Positions 29,462-39,628 are shown, numbered from the stretch's first letter. The stretch: 64,000 nt of DNA from Burkholderiales bacterium (GCA_036522275.1 DATDGC010000020.1:17995-81994); one strand, 5' to 3'. Notes: a model not told the origin generated them from the sequence alone. Translations and numbers: made by a program.

Positions 29462-30967
29462 TCAACCCTTCCTCTCACGCAGTCCGGCGGGAATCAGCCA
29501 GCGATCGAGCAATTCAAATCCACCCTGCAGCATAAGAGCCAGCGCCGCCGCGGGAATCGCGCCGGCAAGCAGTGTAGCGCTGTCATTCAACGCCAACCCC
29601 CGCACAATTCGCTCGCCATAACCGCCGGCGCCGACAAAGGCGGCGATGGTCGCGGTTCCGACGTTAATCACCGCCGAGGTTTTGATACCGGCGAGAATCG
29701 CACGCGACGCAAGAGGCAGTTCAATCAGCCGCAGGCGTGCGAATAAAGGCAGCCCCAGGGATTGCGCCGCTTCCTTGAGCGAAGGTTGGATATCGCTGAG
29801 CCCGGCATAAGCATTTCTCACAATCGGCAAAAGCGCATACAGAAACAGCGCAATCAGCGCCGGGATGACGCCGATGGTGCCGAGAGCTGAGATCAAAAAT
29901 GCGAGCAGAGCCAGCGACGGCAGGGTTTGAATCACTCCGACTACCGAAAGAATCGTTTGCCTGGCCGCAGGCACGTAGGCGGCGCAGACCCCCAGCGGAA
30001 TGCCCAGCACTATCGCCCCTCCGAGCGACACAAATACCAGCAGCAAGTGTTCAGCAGTCAAGTACCAGAAATCTGCGGCAAAGAGCAGGGTGAGAAAATT
30101 TCTCCCGGCGCTCTCGGCCGGTTTATGCCCTGCGCCGGCGGAAAGGAAATTCGCAGCGATGGCGGCAAACGGCTTGCCTGTAAGCTCCGCCTCAGCGTTC
30201 ATCGCCACCATCTGCTTTTCGGATATCCCACTCTCAAGTTTTTGCAACGCCGCCCAGGTTTTTGGAAAACGGCCGGGCACATCGAGGCGGTAGAGCAACA
30301 GCGCATCGTAAGAAGGGAAAAAGTGTTTGTCGTCGTTCAGCACGCGCAGGCCATATCTGGTGATTTTGGCGTCGGTAGAATAAATGTCCATGACATCGAT
30401 CTTGCCTTTGGCCAGCGCCTCATAAGCCAGGCCGTGATCGAGGCCGAGTGGGTCGAACGGCAGCGTATATGCGCTTTTGAGAGGCGGCCAGCCGTCCTTG
30501 CGGTTTAAGAATTCATGCGACAATCCCAATTTCAGTTCCGGCTTGCGGGCAAGATCGCTGATGCTGGATATGCCGAGCCGCGCGGCGCGCGTATCCAGCA
30601 TGGCGAGTGCATAAGTGTTGTCGAATCCCAGCGGCACCGCCGCCAGGCCGAGCGGCGCAAGTTCGCGGTTGAGCGACACAAGATCGCCAACCGCACTCTT
30701 TTTCAGCAACTCGAACCAGATGGTTCCGGAATATTCCGGATAAATGTCGATGCTCCCGCTTTGCAACGCCGCAATTAGTATCCCGGTATTGCCCAGCCCT
30801 TGTTTGTGCACCACCTTCGCTTCATTGGCACGGCTTGCGGTTTGCGACAGTATTTCGCCGAGAATATAGGATTCGGTGAAGCGCTTGGAGCCGATGTTGA
30901 GCGTGACTTCGGCAAAGGCCGCGGGCGCAAGCAACAGCAGCAAAAGGCACAGTGTTTTGATCTTCAT
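29462..30967 (-). CDS. ABC transporter with fused substrate-binding and permease domains (glycine betaine/choline/osmoprotectant type)
   Basis: 501 aa. The N-terminus is an OpuBC-like binding domain with a signal peptide. The C-terminus is a permease with an EAA-like loop (EAAQSLGLPLFARLRLIELP). Confidence 0.8.
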   Translation of the reverse strand: MKIKTLCLLLLLLAPAAFAEVTLNIGSKRFTESYILGEILSQTASRANEAKVVHKQGLGNTGILIAALQSGSIDIYPEYSGTIWFELLKKSAVGDLVSLNRELAPLGLAAVPLGFDNTYALAMLDTRAARLGISSISDLARKPELKLGLSHEFLNRKDGWPPLKSAYTLPFDPLGLDHGLAYEALAKGKIDVMDIYSTDAKITRYGLRVLNDDKHFFPSYDALLLYRLDVPGRFPKTWAALQKLESGISEKQMVAMNAEAELTGKPFAAIAANFLSAGAGHKPAESAGRNFLTLLFAADFWYLTAEHLLLVFVSLGGAIVLGIPLGVCAAYVPAARQTILSVVGVIQTLPSLALLAFLISALGTIGVIPALIALFLYALLPIVRNAYAGLSDIQPSLKEAAQSLGLPLFARLRLIELPLASRAILAGIKTSAVINVGTATIAAFVGAGGYGERIVRGLALNDSATLLAGAIPAAALALMLQGGFELLDRWLIPAGLRERKG

Positions 30968-31707
30968 TACAGCATTTCCGCGACCAACGAGCGCTGCGCG
31001 TGGATGAATTGCCTGACGTACGGTTCGGCGGGATGATGCAGCAATTCCTCCAGGGCGCCCCGTTGTACGACCCGGCCCTCGCGCAGCAGCACGATATCGG
31101 AGGCGAAATAAGCCGCCTCGTTCATATCGTGTGTCACCAGAATGACCGTTTTGCCAAGATGCGTGAAAATACCCTTGAGCTCGGTTTGCAGTTCGCTGCG
31201 TACTATCGGGTCGAGCGCGCCTAATGGTTCATCGAGGAGCAGCACATCGGGATCGAGCATCAGCGCGCGCATCAGCCCGACGCGCTGACGCTGGCCGCCG
31301 GAGAGTTCTTGCGGATGGCGTGAAAGCATGGCATGCGGGAGCCTCACCAGCTCTGCCAAATAATTCACCCGCTCGTTAATCCAGGATGGGGTGCGTCGCA
31401 GGAAGCACGCAAGCAAAGTCACGTTGTCGCGCGCTGTCAAATGCGGAAACAGGCCGCCGTCCTGAATCACGTAGCCGATGGCATGACGCGCGCGCTCCAC
31501 GTTATCGACGGTCATGGGCTCGCCGTTGAAAACCACCCGGCCATTGTCGGGTTGAACCAGCCCCAGCATCAGCCGAAGCAGCGTGGATTTGCCGCATCCG
31601 CTTGGACCGATCAGCGCGGTTATCTTGCCCGTAGCGAACTGCAAGCTGGTTGGCGCGAGAGCAAGCCGCTTTCCATACGTTTTGGAAACGTTTTCTAACG
31701 CAATCAT
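30967..31707 (-). CDS. ABC transporter ATP-binding protein (osmoprotectant type)
   Basis: Walker A GPSGCGKST, signature LSGGQRQR and Walker B LLLDEP. Confidence 0.85.
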   Translation of the reverse strand: MIALENVSKTYGKRLALAPTSLQFATGKITALIGPSGCGKSTLLRLMLGLVQPDNGRVVFNGEPMTVDNVERARHAIGYVIQDGGLFPHLTARDNVTLLACFLRRTPSWINERVNYLAELVRLPHAMLSRHPQELSGGQRQRVGLMRALMLDPDVLLLDEPLGALDPIVRSELQTELKGIFTHLGKTVILVTHDMNEAAYFASDIVLLREGRVVQRGALEELLHHPAEPYVRQFIHAQRSLVAEML

Positions 31708-31825
31708 CTGATTTGAATTGATGCAAGAGGCGAGCTAGCCTAGCATTAGCGGCGCAGTTACGCCACTTCGCGGAACGGCACTATCAAGGTAGAATTGCAC
31801 TGTTAATTTCTCCGGAGAGCCGCAT

Positions 31826-32686
31826 ATGGACTCACAATTCTTGAGCCTCAAGCCCAAGACCGAATTCACCCGCCGCGAGTTCGTGGTGAGCATGCTGGCC
31901 ACCGGGTTTGCGCTCGCCGTGCAGCCCGTATCTGCGCAAACGATCCACACCGACGACGAAGGACTTACCGCAGGCGAAGTGAAAATTCCGGTACTAGACG
32001 GCAAGATTCCTGCATACCGTGCGATGCCTGCCAAGGGCAGAGGGTTTCCGGTGGTGCTGGTGGTGCAGGAAATCTTTGGCGTGCATGAGCATATTAAAGA
32101 TGTATGTCGGCGCTTCGCTAAACTAGGCTATCTGGCGATCGCGCCGGAACTCTACGCGCGCCAGGGCAATGTGTCGAAGCTCTCGGACATTCAGCAGATT
32201 CTGGATCAAGTCGTATCCAATGTGCCGGACGCGCAAGTCATGTCCGACTTAGATGCTACGGCGACCTGGGCGGGGAAAAACCGTGGCAACACGAAAAAAC
32301 TGGGTATCACCGGTTTCTGTTGGGGCGGGCGCATCGTCTGGCTATATGCCGCGCACAGCAGCGAGCTCAAAGCCGGAGTCGCGTGGTACGGAGCACTGCT
32401 TTGGAAAACCAACAAGCTCCAGCCCAAAAATCCGATTGATATGGCGGGACTGCTCAAGGCGCCGGTGCTTGGCCTCTACGGCGGCGCCGACCCGGGCATT
32501 CCGCTCGATGCCGTGGAAGCTCTGCGCAAAGCGCTCAAAGCCGCTAAAAGCAAATCGGAAATCGTGGTTTATCCCGACACGCCGCACGGCTTTCACGCCG
32601 ACTACCGGCCGAGTTACCGCAAGGAGCAGGCTGAAGACGGCTGGAAGCGGCTTAAGCAATGGTACAAGACTCACGGCGTTGCTTAG
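31826..32686 (+). CDS. dienelactone hydrolase family protein with a Tat-like signal
   Basis: [17 protein letters not shown] signal. DLH core [18 protein letters not shown] and HGF. Confidence 0.8.
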   Translation: MDSQFLSLKPKTEFTRREFVVSMLATGFALAVQPVSAQTIHTDDEGLTAGEVKIPVLDGKIPAYRAMPAKGRGFPVVLVVQEIFGVHEHIKDVCRRFAKLGYLAIAPELYARQGNVSKLSDIQQILDQVVSNVPDAQVMSDLDATATWAGKNRGNTKKLGITGFCWGGRIVWLYAAHSSELKAGVAWYGALLWKTNKLQPKNPIDMAGLLKAPVLGLYGGADPGIPLDAVEALRKALKAAKSKSEIVVYPDTPHGFHADYRPSYRKEQAEDGWKRLKQWYKTHGVA

Positions 32687-32705
32687 AACTCAAGGACCAA
32701 TACTG

Positions 32706-33383
32706 ATGCGTATTCTGCCCGGCATTTTTGTCTGGTTCATGTTCAGCCTGCAGGCGCACGCTGTTGACCTTGCGAGTCTCAGCAACAAAGATGTGGTCGC
32801 AGGTCTTAAAGAAGCGTTAAGCCAGAGTTCGAACGCCGCAGTAGCAAAACTCGGCGTGAAAAACGGCTTTCTCGGCAACCAGCGCGTGAAAATCCCGCTG
32901 CCTGACAAGCTGCAGAAAATAGACGGGGCAATGCACAAGTTTGGTCTGGGCAAGTATTCCGACGAAGTCATCGTCAGCATGAACCGCGCGGCAGAGGCCG
33001 CGGTACCCGAGGCCAAGACGCTACTGCTGGACGCGGTGAAGAAAATGAGCGTGAAGGACGCCAAAGGCATCCTCACCGGCGGTGACGATGCGGCAACTCA
33101 GTATTTCCGCAGCAACACCGAAAGCCAACTGCGCGCCAAGTTCCTGCCGATCGTCACCAAGACTGTGCGCCAAGTCGGAGCAGTGGAAAAATATAACGAA
33201 TTTACCGGAAAGGCCTCGGCGCTGGGGCTTACTGACCCTCCTAAATTGGAACCGTACGTCACGCAGAAAGCTCTGGACGGGCTGTTCCTGATGATGAAAG
33301 ATGAGGAAAAAGCCATTCGCAGCAACCCGGCCGACTACAGCGGCAAGCTCCTGAAAAAAGTGTTCAGCGCGGTGGCCCGTTAG
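32706..33383 (+). CDS. DUF4197-like secreted protein
   Basis: Signal peptide MRILPGIFVWFMFSLQAHA. Also GLKEAL......AV..L...NGF and KIPLP. The upstream part of ORF 32253..33383 overlaps the DLH gene and was trimmed. Confidence 0.65.
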   Translation: MRILPGIFVWFMFSLQAHAVDLASLSNKDVVAGLKEALSQSSNAAVAKLGVKNGFLGNQRVKIPLPDKLQKIDGAMHKFGLGKYSDEVIVSMNRAAEAAVPEAKTLLLDAVKKMSVKDAKGILTGGDDAATQYFRSNTESQLRAKFLPIVTKTVRQVGAVEKYNEFTGKASALGLTDPPKLEPYVTQKALDGLFLMMKDEEKAIRSNPADYSGKLLKKVFSAVAR

Positions 33384-33406
33384 ATTTTGCCAAACGGGGG
33401 GTTTTC
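33376..33406 (+). terminator. weak candidate intrinsic terminator
   Basis: CCCGTT-N11-AACGGG, followed by GGGGTTTTCTG. Confidence 0.35.
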
Positions 33407-33485
33407 TGTGACTTGAATGATGCGCCACGACCTCATAAAGTGGGATATCGGGGTATAATAAATAACCATCCAGCATGACGTGTCT

Positions 33486-33902
33486 ATGACGAGCTGCGAG
33501 CTATGCGCATCATCCGGTGGCGAAATCATGTGGCGGGACATGCTATGCCGCGTGGTGCTGGTCAACGACCCGGAGCATCCCGGGTTATGCCGTGTGATAT
33601 GGGATAAGCATACCCGCGAAATGACCGATCTGGCCGAAATCGAACGTCAGCATATGCTGCGTGTGGTATGCGCAGTGGAGAAGGTATTGCGCGACTTGCT
33701 CATCCCGGACAAAATCAACCAGGCGAGCCTGGGCAATGTTACTCCTCATTTGCACTGGCATGTAATTCCGCGTTATCGGGTTGATCCGCATTTTCCCAAT
33801 CTGGTGTGGGGGCAAAAACTGCGCTCTACTCCGCACCTTTTGCCCCGAAAATTTAAAGCAAAGCTGCAAGCCTCTTTGCAAATGACGCTTAACCCGCATT
33901 GA
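33486..33902 (+). CDS. HIT-family (histidine triad) protein
   Basis: N-terminal CELC and the histidine triad PHLHWHVIPR. An alternative GTG start is at 33480. Confidence 0.8.
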   Translation: MTSCELCASSGGEIMWRDMLCRVVLVNDPEHPGLCRVIWDKHTREMTDLAEIERQHMLRVVCAVEKVLRDLLIPDKINQASLGNVTPHLHWHVIPRYRVDPHFPNLVWGQKLRSTPHLLPRKFKAKLQASLQMTLNPH

Positions 33903-33917
33903 AAAAGTGATACCCAG

Positions 33918-35519
33918 ATGCTGACGACGCCGCTTCCCGACATCCGACCAGGAACCACCACAGAGTTGAGCGACGCCGCTTCCTGCAAGCACTGGGTTGA
34001 GAAATTGCCGCTCACCAACCCTACACAGGCACACCAGGCAATAACCACAGAGCTTAAGCGTTTCCTGCAATTTAAGATGGGTCCGCTGGAGCGCCTCAAA
34101 ATGCTTGAACAGCTGCGCGAGACAGCGGAGTTGGTACAGACGGAGTGTGCAAAGAAATACGCCGCCAAACCGCTGCCGATGGCTGCGACGGAACTGATGT
34201 TGTGGAAACAGGTGGTTGAACTGTGGCAGACCCTGAGGGCGGCGTATCAGCGCTGCCTGCAGGATGCTGTTGAAGGCGGCGAAGAGGCGACAAAAAACGC
34301 CGCGCTCATTTGCCAGCGCTGCGTGCGTTACACGACATTATCCATTTTGGAGTATTACCTGACCAACCAGGAAGTTGGCTTGGATTTGCGGCGGCACCTG
34401 CATACGCTGTATGCGTTTGCCGAAAAACACGGCTTTGCCGATGCTGCGGTGCGTGACAGTCTTAACCGGGAAGTGAATGCCACAAGCTGCGCTGCGACCT
34501 ATGCCCAGGCGCTGTTGCTCGGCCTTGGCAATCCCTATTCGCTCACGCCCAAGCAGCTCGAACTCGCCAGGCGCTGGCTGGAAAAATGGGGCGATAATAT
34601 CAGTATCACAACTACACCGTCTGAGGGCGCATTTGTGCTGGCGGTAGATCTTGAAGGCAACCAGGGCGCGAATCCCGGGCACCAAGCAAGCGCTCCCGCT
34701 TCGACCCGCTATCTTGTCGTAGATGACCTGGCCAAAAACCTCATGAAGAGAATTGTGCTGCTCGAACAAGGGCAGTCGCCTGCGGAACTCGGCCTCGGCG
34801 CAGATTGCACGCAACCCGGCTGCGAGAGCCTTCTGAAGCTGCTTTACCAGCAGTGGTGCAAGCCGGGCAGCGCGGCGGTAAATCCACGCCGTCAGATAGA
34901 GAATACATTGCAAGTTTGTATCGGTATTCCGGCGATTCATTATTTTGTCAGTGGCAAACCGTTCAAGCAGCCCGGATCCCCGCAACTCTCCCGCCAAGAG
35001 GAAGAAGAGCTGGCGACCTTCGGTCACCTGAGCAAGCAGCGCGAAGTAATGCGGGCTTCGCAAATGGGTTATGCCCTGGAATCCTGGAAAACCATAAACG
35101 ATGGGCCCCAGGGTTTCGGCCTGGTGCGCGCGCCGGAGGGCGGCGGGTCACGCATGAACCTCCACCAGCTTATCGGAGTCTGTCCGGCAGACAGCAAGAC
35201 ATTTTTATTGTGTGTGGTGCAATGGCTCACTCTCAAGCAAAACGGTGAATTGCATCTCGGCGTGCGCACGCTGCCGGGAATTCCCGAACCCGTTGCGGTA
35301 CGGCCATTTGGGGGAGTCACAGGGCCTGTTTACGTACAGGCCTTTCTACTGCCGGATGTGGCGGATCAGAAGATCGAACCTTCGCTGATTCTTCCCGGCG
35401 GCTGGTTTCAGACGAGGCGGGTCATAGAGGTGTTTACCAGCGAGCCGCAGCGCGTAAAACTCACCAAGCTCCTGGAAAAAGGCAGCGACTACGAGCAGGT
35501 AGACTTTGGAAGTGCATAA
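33918..35519 (+). CDS. 533-aa conserved hypothetical protein: helical N-terminal region and a possible degenerate PilZ-like C-terminal barrel
   Basis: Long ORF with coding-like composition. The C-terminal part has REVMR (RxxxR), then INDGPQGFG and beta-rich sequence. No confident family call. Confidence 0.55.
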   Translation: MLTTPLPDIRPGTTTELSDAASCKHWVEKLPLTNPTQAHQAITTELKRFLQFKMGPLERLKMLEQLRETAELVQTECAKKYAAKPLPMAATELMLWKQVVELWQTLRAAYQRCLQDAVEGGEEATKNAALICQRCVRYTTLSILEYYLTNQEVGLDLRRHLHTLYAFAEKHGFADAAVRDSLNREVNATSCAATYAQALLLGLGNPYSLTPKQLELARRWLEKWGDNISITTTPSEGAFVLAVDLEGNQGANPGHQASAPASTRYLVVDDLAKNLMKRIVLLEQGQSPAELGLGADCTQPGCESLLKLLYQQWCKPGSAAVNPRRQIENTLQVCIGIPAIHYFVSGKPFKQPGSPQLSRQEEEELATFGHLSKQREVMRASQMGYALESWKTINDGPQGFGLVRAPEGGGSRMNLHQLIGVCPADSKTFLLCVVQWLTLKQNGELHLGVRTLPGIPEPVAVRPFGGVTGPVYVQAFLLPDVADQKIEPSLILPGGWFQTRRVIEVFTSEPQRVKLTKLLEKGSDYEQVDFGSA

Positions 35520-35630
35520 AGTCCGGTAAAACCCTTGGAAAAACCACTGTGTTAGCATTAGTTTTTGTTTTGCCCCAACTCGGTTATGATGATTTCCTGA
35601 ACGCAACGGCGGTTTCTTTGCGGACTCATC

Positions 35631-36041
35631 ATGGCAGGGCTCGACAAAAGCACCCCAACCCCGACTGAAATCAAGCTGCACCAGAAATCACGGGTATTGG
35701 AAATTTCCTTTTCCGACGGCAAAATCTTTCAGATTCCGTACGAATTTCTGCGCGTATATTCTCCTTCCGCCGAAGTGCGCGGTCACGGCCCGGGACAGGA
35801 AGTACTGCAGGTCGGCAAGAAAAATGTCGAGATTACCCGAATCGAGCCTGTAGGCAGCTATGCAGTGCAACCCTGTTTCTCGGATGGCCATGATACCGGC
35901 ATTTACTCATGGGATTACCTGTACCTGCTGGGGGTGAACCAGGAAAGCATGTGGCAGGAATACTTGAAACGCATGCAAACCGCGGGAGCAAGCCGCGAAC
36001 CGGTTGCCGGAGCGTTTGAGTCCCGTCCCAAATCCAAATAG
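35631..36041 (+). CDS. DUF971 family protein
   Basis: L.I.FSDGK...IPYEFLRVYSPSAE and FSDGHDTGIYSWDYLY. Confidence 0.75.
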   Translation: MAGLDKSTPTPTEIKLHQKSRVLEISFSDGKIFQIPYEFLRVYSPSAEVRGHGPGQEVLQVGKKNVEITRIEPVGSYAVQPCFSDGHDTGIYSWDYLYLLGVNQESMWQEYLKRMQTAGASREPVAGAFESRPKSK

Positions 36042-36153
36042 CAACCGCCCAGGAAAGCAATGCAAACTGAGAATATCTGCCGATCACAGAATGCATGGAG
36101 AATTTCATCTTTTACTTCCGTGTTCGTCCGGCTAATGTTTTTTAAGTTTGGTT

Positions 36154-36888
36154 ATGAGTAAATCTACCGATTTCGGTTTTCAAAAAATTGCCGAAGAGGA
36201 AAAAACCTCCCGGGTTGCGGGCGTATTCAACTCGGTGGCAAACCGCTACGACCTGATGAACGACCTCATGTCGTTGGGCGCGCACCGGCTGTGGAAACGT
36301 TTCACCGTCGAATTGAGCGCAGTCAAGGCCGGCGATCGTGTGCTTGATATTGCCGGCGGCACCGCGGATATGAGCCTGCTCTTCGCCAAGCGCGTGGGCG
36401 AAAGCGGCACAGTATGGTTCACCGACATCAACAACAGCATGCTTAAGCTCGGCCGCGATCGGCTGCTCGACAAAGGGCTGCCATTACCGGTCACACAATG
36501 CGACGCGGAAAAACTGCCTTTCCCCAGCGATTACTTCGATTGCGTGAGCGTTGCCTATGGTCTCAGGAACATGACGCACAAGGATTTGGCGCTCAAGGAA
36601 ATGCTGCGCGTGTTAAGACCCGGCGGGCGGCTTTTGGTGCTGGAGTTTTCCAAAATCTGGAAACCCCTGCAGCCGCTCTACGATGTGTATTCGTTCAAGG
36701 TATTACCGGCTCTGGGCAAGCTCGTCGTCAACGACGCAGACAGCTACCACTATCTCGCCGAATCCATCCGCATGCACCCTTCCCAGGAAGAACTGAAGCA
36801 GATGATGGAAAGCGCGGGATTCGAGCGCGTCGAATACTTCAACCTCAGCGCAGGTGTCGTCGCGCTGCACCGCGGCTACAAGTTTTAA
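36154..36888 (+). CDS. ubiE: ubiquinone/menaquinone C-methyltransferase UbiE
   Basis: FGF..I....K...[22 protein letters not shown] and LD.AGGT.D. Confidence 0.92.
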   Translation: MSKSTDFGFQKIAEEEKTSRVAGVFNSVANRYDLMNDLMSLGAHRLWKRFTVELSAVKAGDRVLDIAGGTADMSLLFAKRVGESGTVWFTDINNSMLKLGRDRLLDKGLPLPVTQCDAEKLPFPSDYFDCVSVAYGLRNMTHKDLALKEMLRVLRPGGRLLVLEFSKIWKPLQPLYDVYSFKVLPALGKLVVNDADSYHYLAESIRMHPSQEELKQMMESAGFERVEYFNLSAGVVALHRGYKF

Positions 36889-36894
36889 AACTCA

Positions 36895-38334
36895 GTGGAC
36901 ACTATCACGGTTAATCCTCCCGGATTGCAATCACGCTTCACTGGCGCATTCAAAGTCATTCTCATTAACCTCTATGAGCTGGGACGGCAACCCTTTGCGC
37001 TGGCCGAACCCGCGGCATGGCTGAAACGCGAGGGATTTGAAGTTACCTGCCTTGATCTTTCCTTGCAAAAGCTCGATGCGGAGGCGCTGGCAGAAACTTC
37101 GCTGGTCGCCATATACGTCGGCATGCACACTGCAACGCGCATTGCAGTGAAAGCGCTGCCACACATCAAACAGCTTGCTCCCGGGGCGCACCTGTGCGTC
37201 TATGGCTTGTACGCGCCCATGAATGAAGTGCTCTTGAGAAGCCTCGGGGTGCAAACCGTACTTGGCGGTGAATTCGAGCCGGGACTGCTAAATCTGGCAC
37301 AACGGCTCAGAAACAAGCAAATCTCTGCTACGCAAGTTGAACCGGTGGTTAATCTGAACAAAATCGATTTTGTAGTGCCTGAGCGTTCGATTCTTCCGCA
37401 TTTGCAGCACTACACCCGGCTGGAACTGCCTGACGGAAGCAAAAAAGTGGTTGGCTTTGCCGAAGCCAGCCGCGGCTGCAAACATCTATGCCGCCATTGC
37501 CCGGTGGTGCCGGTGTACCGGGGCAAGTTCCGCATTGTGCCGGTGGAGGTAGTGCTGGCGGATATCCGCCAGCAGGTAGCGATGGGCGCGCAGCATATTT
37601 CCTTCGGCGACCCTGATTTCTTCAACGGCCCGGCCCATGCCCTGAAAATCGTGCGCGCGTTGCACGGGGAATTTCCCAAAATCACTTACGACGCCACTAT
37701 CAAAGTGCAGCACCTAATCAAACATGCGAGCCTCTTGTCGGAATTGAAAAAAACCGGCTGCCTGTTCATTACCTCGGCAGTGGAATCAGTGGACGACCGC
37801 ATTCTTGAATACCTGGCCAAAAACCACTCGAGTGAGGATTTCAACCGCGTTGTAGCGCTGATGCGCGAAGCTGGTATCGCTTTTTCTCCGACTTTTGTCG
37901 CATTCACCCCGTGGATCACGCTCGAAGGTTATATCGAACTGTTGCGGCGTATCGCCGATCTCGATCTCGTTGAAAGCGTGCCGCCGGTGCAACTTTCCAT
38001 TCGCCTGCTGATTCCCGAAGGTTCATACCTGCTGCAATTGCCGGGTTTTCGCGATCTCACCGAGGATTTCGACCCGGGTCTTTTGGGCTATCCGTGGCGG
38101 CATCGCGATCCGCGGGTGGATCGCCTGCAAAGCCAGGTGCAATCGCTGGTTGAACAGTCGAAGAAGCTCCCGCGCCGCGAAGCGTTCGAACACGTCTGGC
38201 AAACGGCGCATGGCGCGCTGGGCATTCCCATTCCTGCTTTGCCCAAGTCCAAAAACCAAGAACCGGCCCCCCGATTATCCGAGTCCTGGTATTGCTGTGC
38301 CGAGCCAACCCATCAGCAGTTGCAGAGTTTTTAG
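36895..38334 (+). CDS. B12-binding-domain radical SAM protein with a C-terminal CCAEP tail
   Basis: GTG start 6 nt after the ubiE stop. N-terminal B12-binding-like domain. CKHLCRHC (C-x3-C-x2-C) at 37477..37500. WYCCAEPT at 38287..38310, 8 residues from the C-terminus. Confidence 0.8.
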   Translation: MDTITVNPPGLQSRFTGAFKVILINLYELGRQPFALAEPAAWLKREGFEVTCLDLSLQKLDAEALAETSLVAIYVGMHTATRIAVKALPHIKQLAPGAHLCVYGLYAPMNEVLLRSLGVQTVLGGEFEPGLLNLAQRLRNKQISATQVEPVVNLNKIDFVVPERSILPHLQHYTRLELPDGSKKVVGFAEASRGCKHLCRHCPVVPVYRGKFRIVPVEVVLADIRQQVAMGAQHISFGDPDFFNGPAHALKIVRALHGEFPKITYDATIKVQHLIKHASLLSELKKTGCLFITSAVESVDDRILEYLAKNHSSEDFNRVVALMREAGIAFSPTFVAFTPWITLEGYIELLRRIADLDLVESVPPVQLSIRLLIPEGSYLLQLPGFRDLTEDFDPGLLGYPWRHRDPRVDRLQSQVQSLVEQSKKLPRREAFEHVWQTAHGALGIPIPALPKSKNQEPAPRLSESWYCCAEPTHQQLQSF

Positions 38335-38380
38335 GGACGAACCTGGCGTCCTTGGCGCCTTGGCAGCTTGGAATTAATAA

Positions 38381-39628
38381 ATGAAGCACATACTCCTCCT
38401 TCTTCCAACCACCTCTTACCGCAACAACGATTTCCTCGCCGCGGCCGAAGCGCTCAACGCCGAAATCATCAGCACAGCCGATTACTGCCATCAACTCGCG
38501 CCGCAATGGGGATTGACGCCCATCATGTCGGTGCATTTCGATATGCCCGAACAGGCAGCGGGAACCATCCTGCAAGCGCTTACGCGCAAGCCCGAAGCGG
38601 TGCTGGCGGTGGATGATCACGGCCTCGAGCTTGCGGCATTACTCAATGAGCGCCTTGGGCTTACAGGAAACAAGCCGCAGGCGGTGCGAAGGCTGCGCGA
38701 CAAACTGGCATTCCGCAAGCTGCTCAGCGCGCATGGATTCAACTGCCCTGAATTTCATCATCTGCCGGATAACGACGATCCTGCCGCCCTAATTCCGCGG
38801 CTGCGTTTCCCGGTAGTGGTCAAAGCAAGAAGACTCTCGGCGAGCCGCGGCGTAATCCGTGCCGACAATCCACAGCAATACCTGCAGGCCATAACCCGGG
38901 TGCGCGCAATCCAGAACAAGGCCGACCGCGACGCTGCAGCGCTTGGCCTGGTTATAGAAAGCTTTATTCCAGGGATGGAATACGCTCTTGAAGGCCTACT
39001 GGAAGATGGTCACCTCAAAACCCTCGCGCTCTTTGACAAGCCTGATCGGCTGGATGGGCCCTATTTCGAGGAAACGCTTTATGTCACGCCCTCACGGCTG
39101 CCGCGAAAAACCCAGGATGAGATACAGCAAACTGTGCAGCGCGCCTGTAATGTCGCAGGACTGACTACCGGCCCAACGCATGCGGAAATGCGCTTGAACA
39201 GCGCAGGCATCTGGCTTCTGGAAATTGCAGCGCGCTCAATCGGCGGCTTGTGCGGGCGTGTATTGCGCCATACATTGGGAATGAGCATCGAGGAACTGAT
39301 TTTGCGTCATGCTCTGGGCGAAAAGCTCCCCGCACCTGACTTTGACTGCGCTGCCGGCGTAATGATGATCCCGATCCCGATGCGCGGCATATATCAGGGT
39401 GTGCACAATCTCGACCTCGCCGGGAAATTGCCGGGCATCGCCGATATCCAAATCACCGCTGAAATCGGGCATATCGTCATTCCGCCGCCTGAAGGCGCAA
39501 GCTATCTCGGCTTTATTTTTGCCAGCGCCGCGAACCCGCAGGAGGTTGAATCGGTCATAAGATCAGCGCACCGGTGTTTGCAATTTGATATTCAGCCCGA
39601 ATTCCAAATGGTAGAATCTTCAACATGA
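38381..39628 (+). CDS. ATP-grasp domain protein (carboxylate-amine/L-amino-acid-ligase-like)
   Basis: 415 aa with a pre-ATP-grasp domain. RDKLAFRKLL, PVVVKARRLSASRGV, ESFIPGMEYALEG and THAEMRL. Confidence 0.75.
   Translation: MKHILLLLPTTSYRNNDFLAAAEALNAEIISTADYCHQLAPQWGLTPIMSVHFDMPEQAAGTILQALTRKPEAVLAVDDHGLELAALLNERLGLTGNKPQAVRRLRDKLAFRKLLSAHGFNCPEFHHLPDNDDPAALIPRLRFPVVVKARRLSASRGVIRADNPQQYLQAITRVRAIQNKADRDAAALGLVIESFIPGMEYALEGLLEDGHLKTLALFDKPDRLDGPYFEETLYVTPSRLPRKTQDEIQQTVQRACNVAGLTTGPTHAEMRLNSAGIWLLEIAARSIGGLCGRVLRHTLGMSIEELILRHALGEKLPAPDFDCAAGVMMIPIPMRGIYQGVHNLDLAGKLPGIADIQITAEIGHIVIPPPEGASYLGFIFASAANPQEVESVIRSAHRCLQFDIQPEFQMVESST

Noticed and set aside
32253-32705. N-terminal 151 residues of ORF 32253..33383.
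   Set aside because: This part overlaps the 3' half of the dienelactone hydrolase gene in another frame. A signal peptide begins at the internal ATG at 32706, so the gene was trimmed.
38342-38372. Four tandem 8-mers (CCTGGCGT CCTTGGCG CCTTGGCA GCTTGGA) between the rSAM and ATP-grasp genes.
   Set aside because: I found no complementary arm nearby, so this does not fit the hairpin family. It is probably local slippage in an intergenic spacer.
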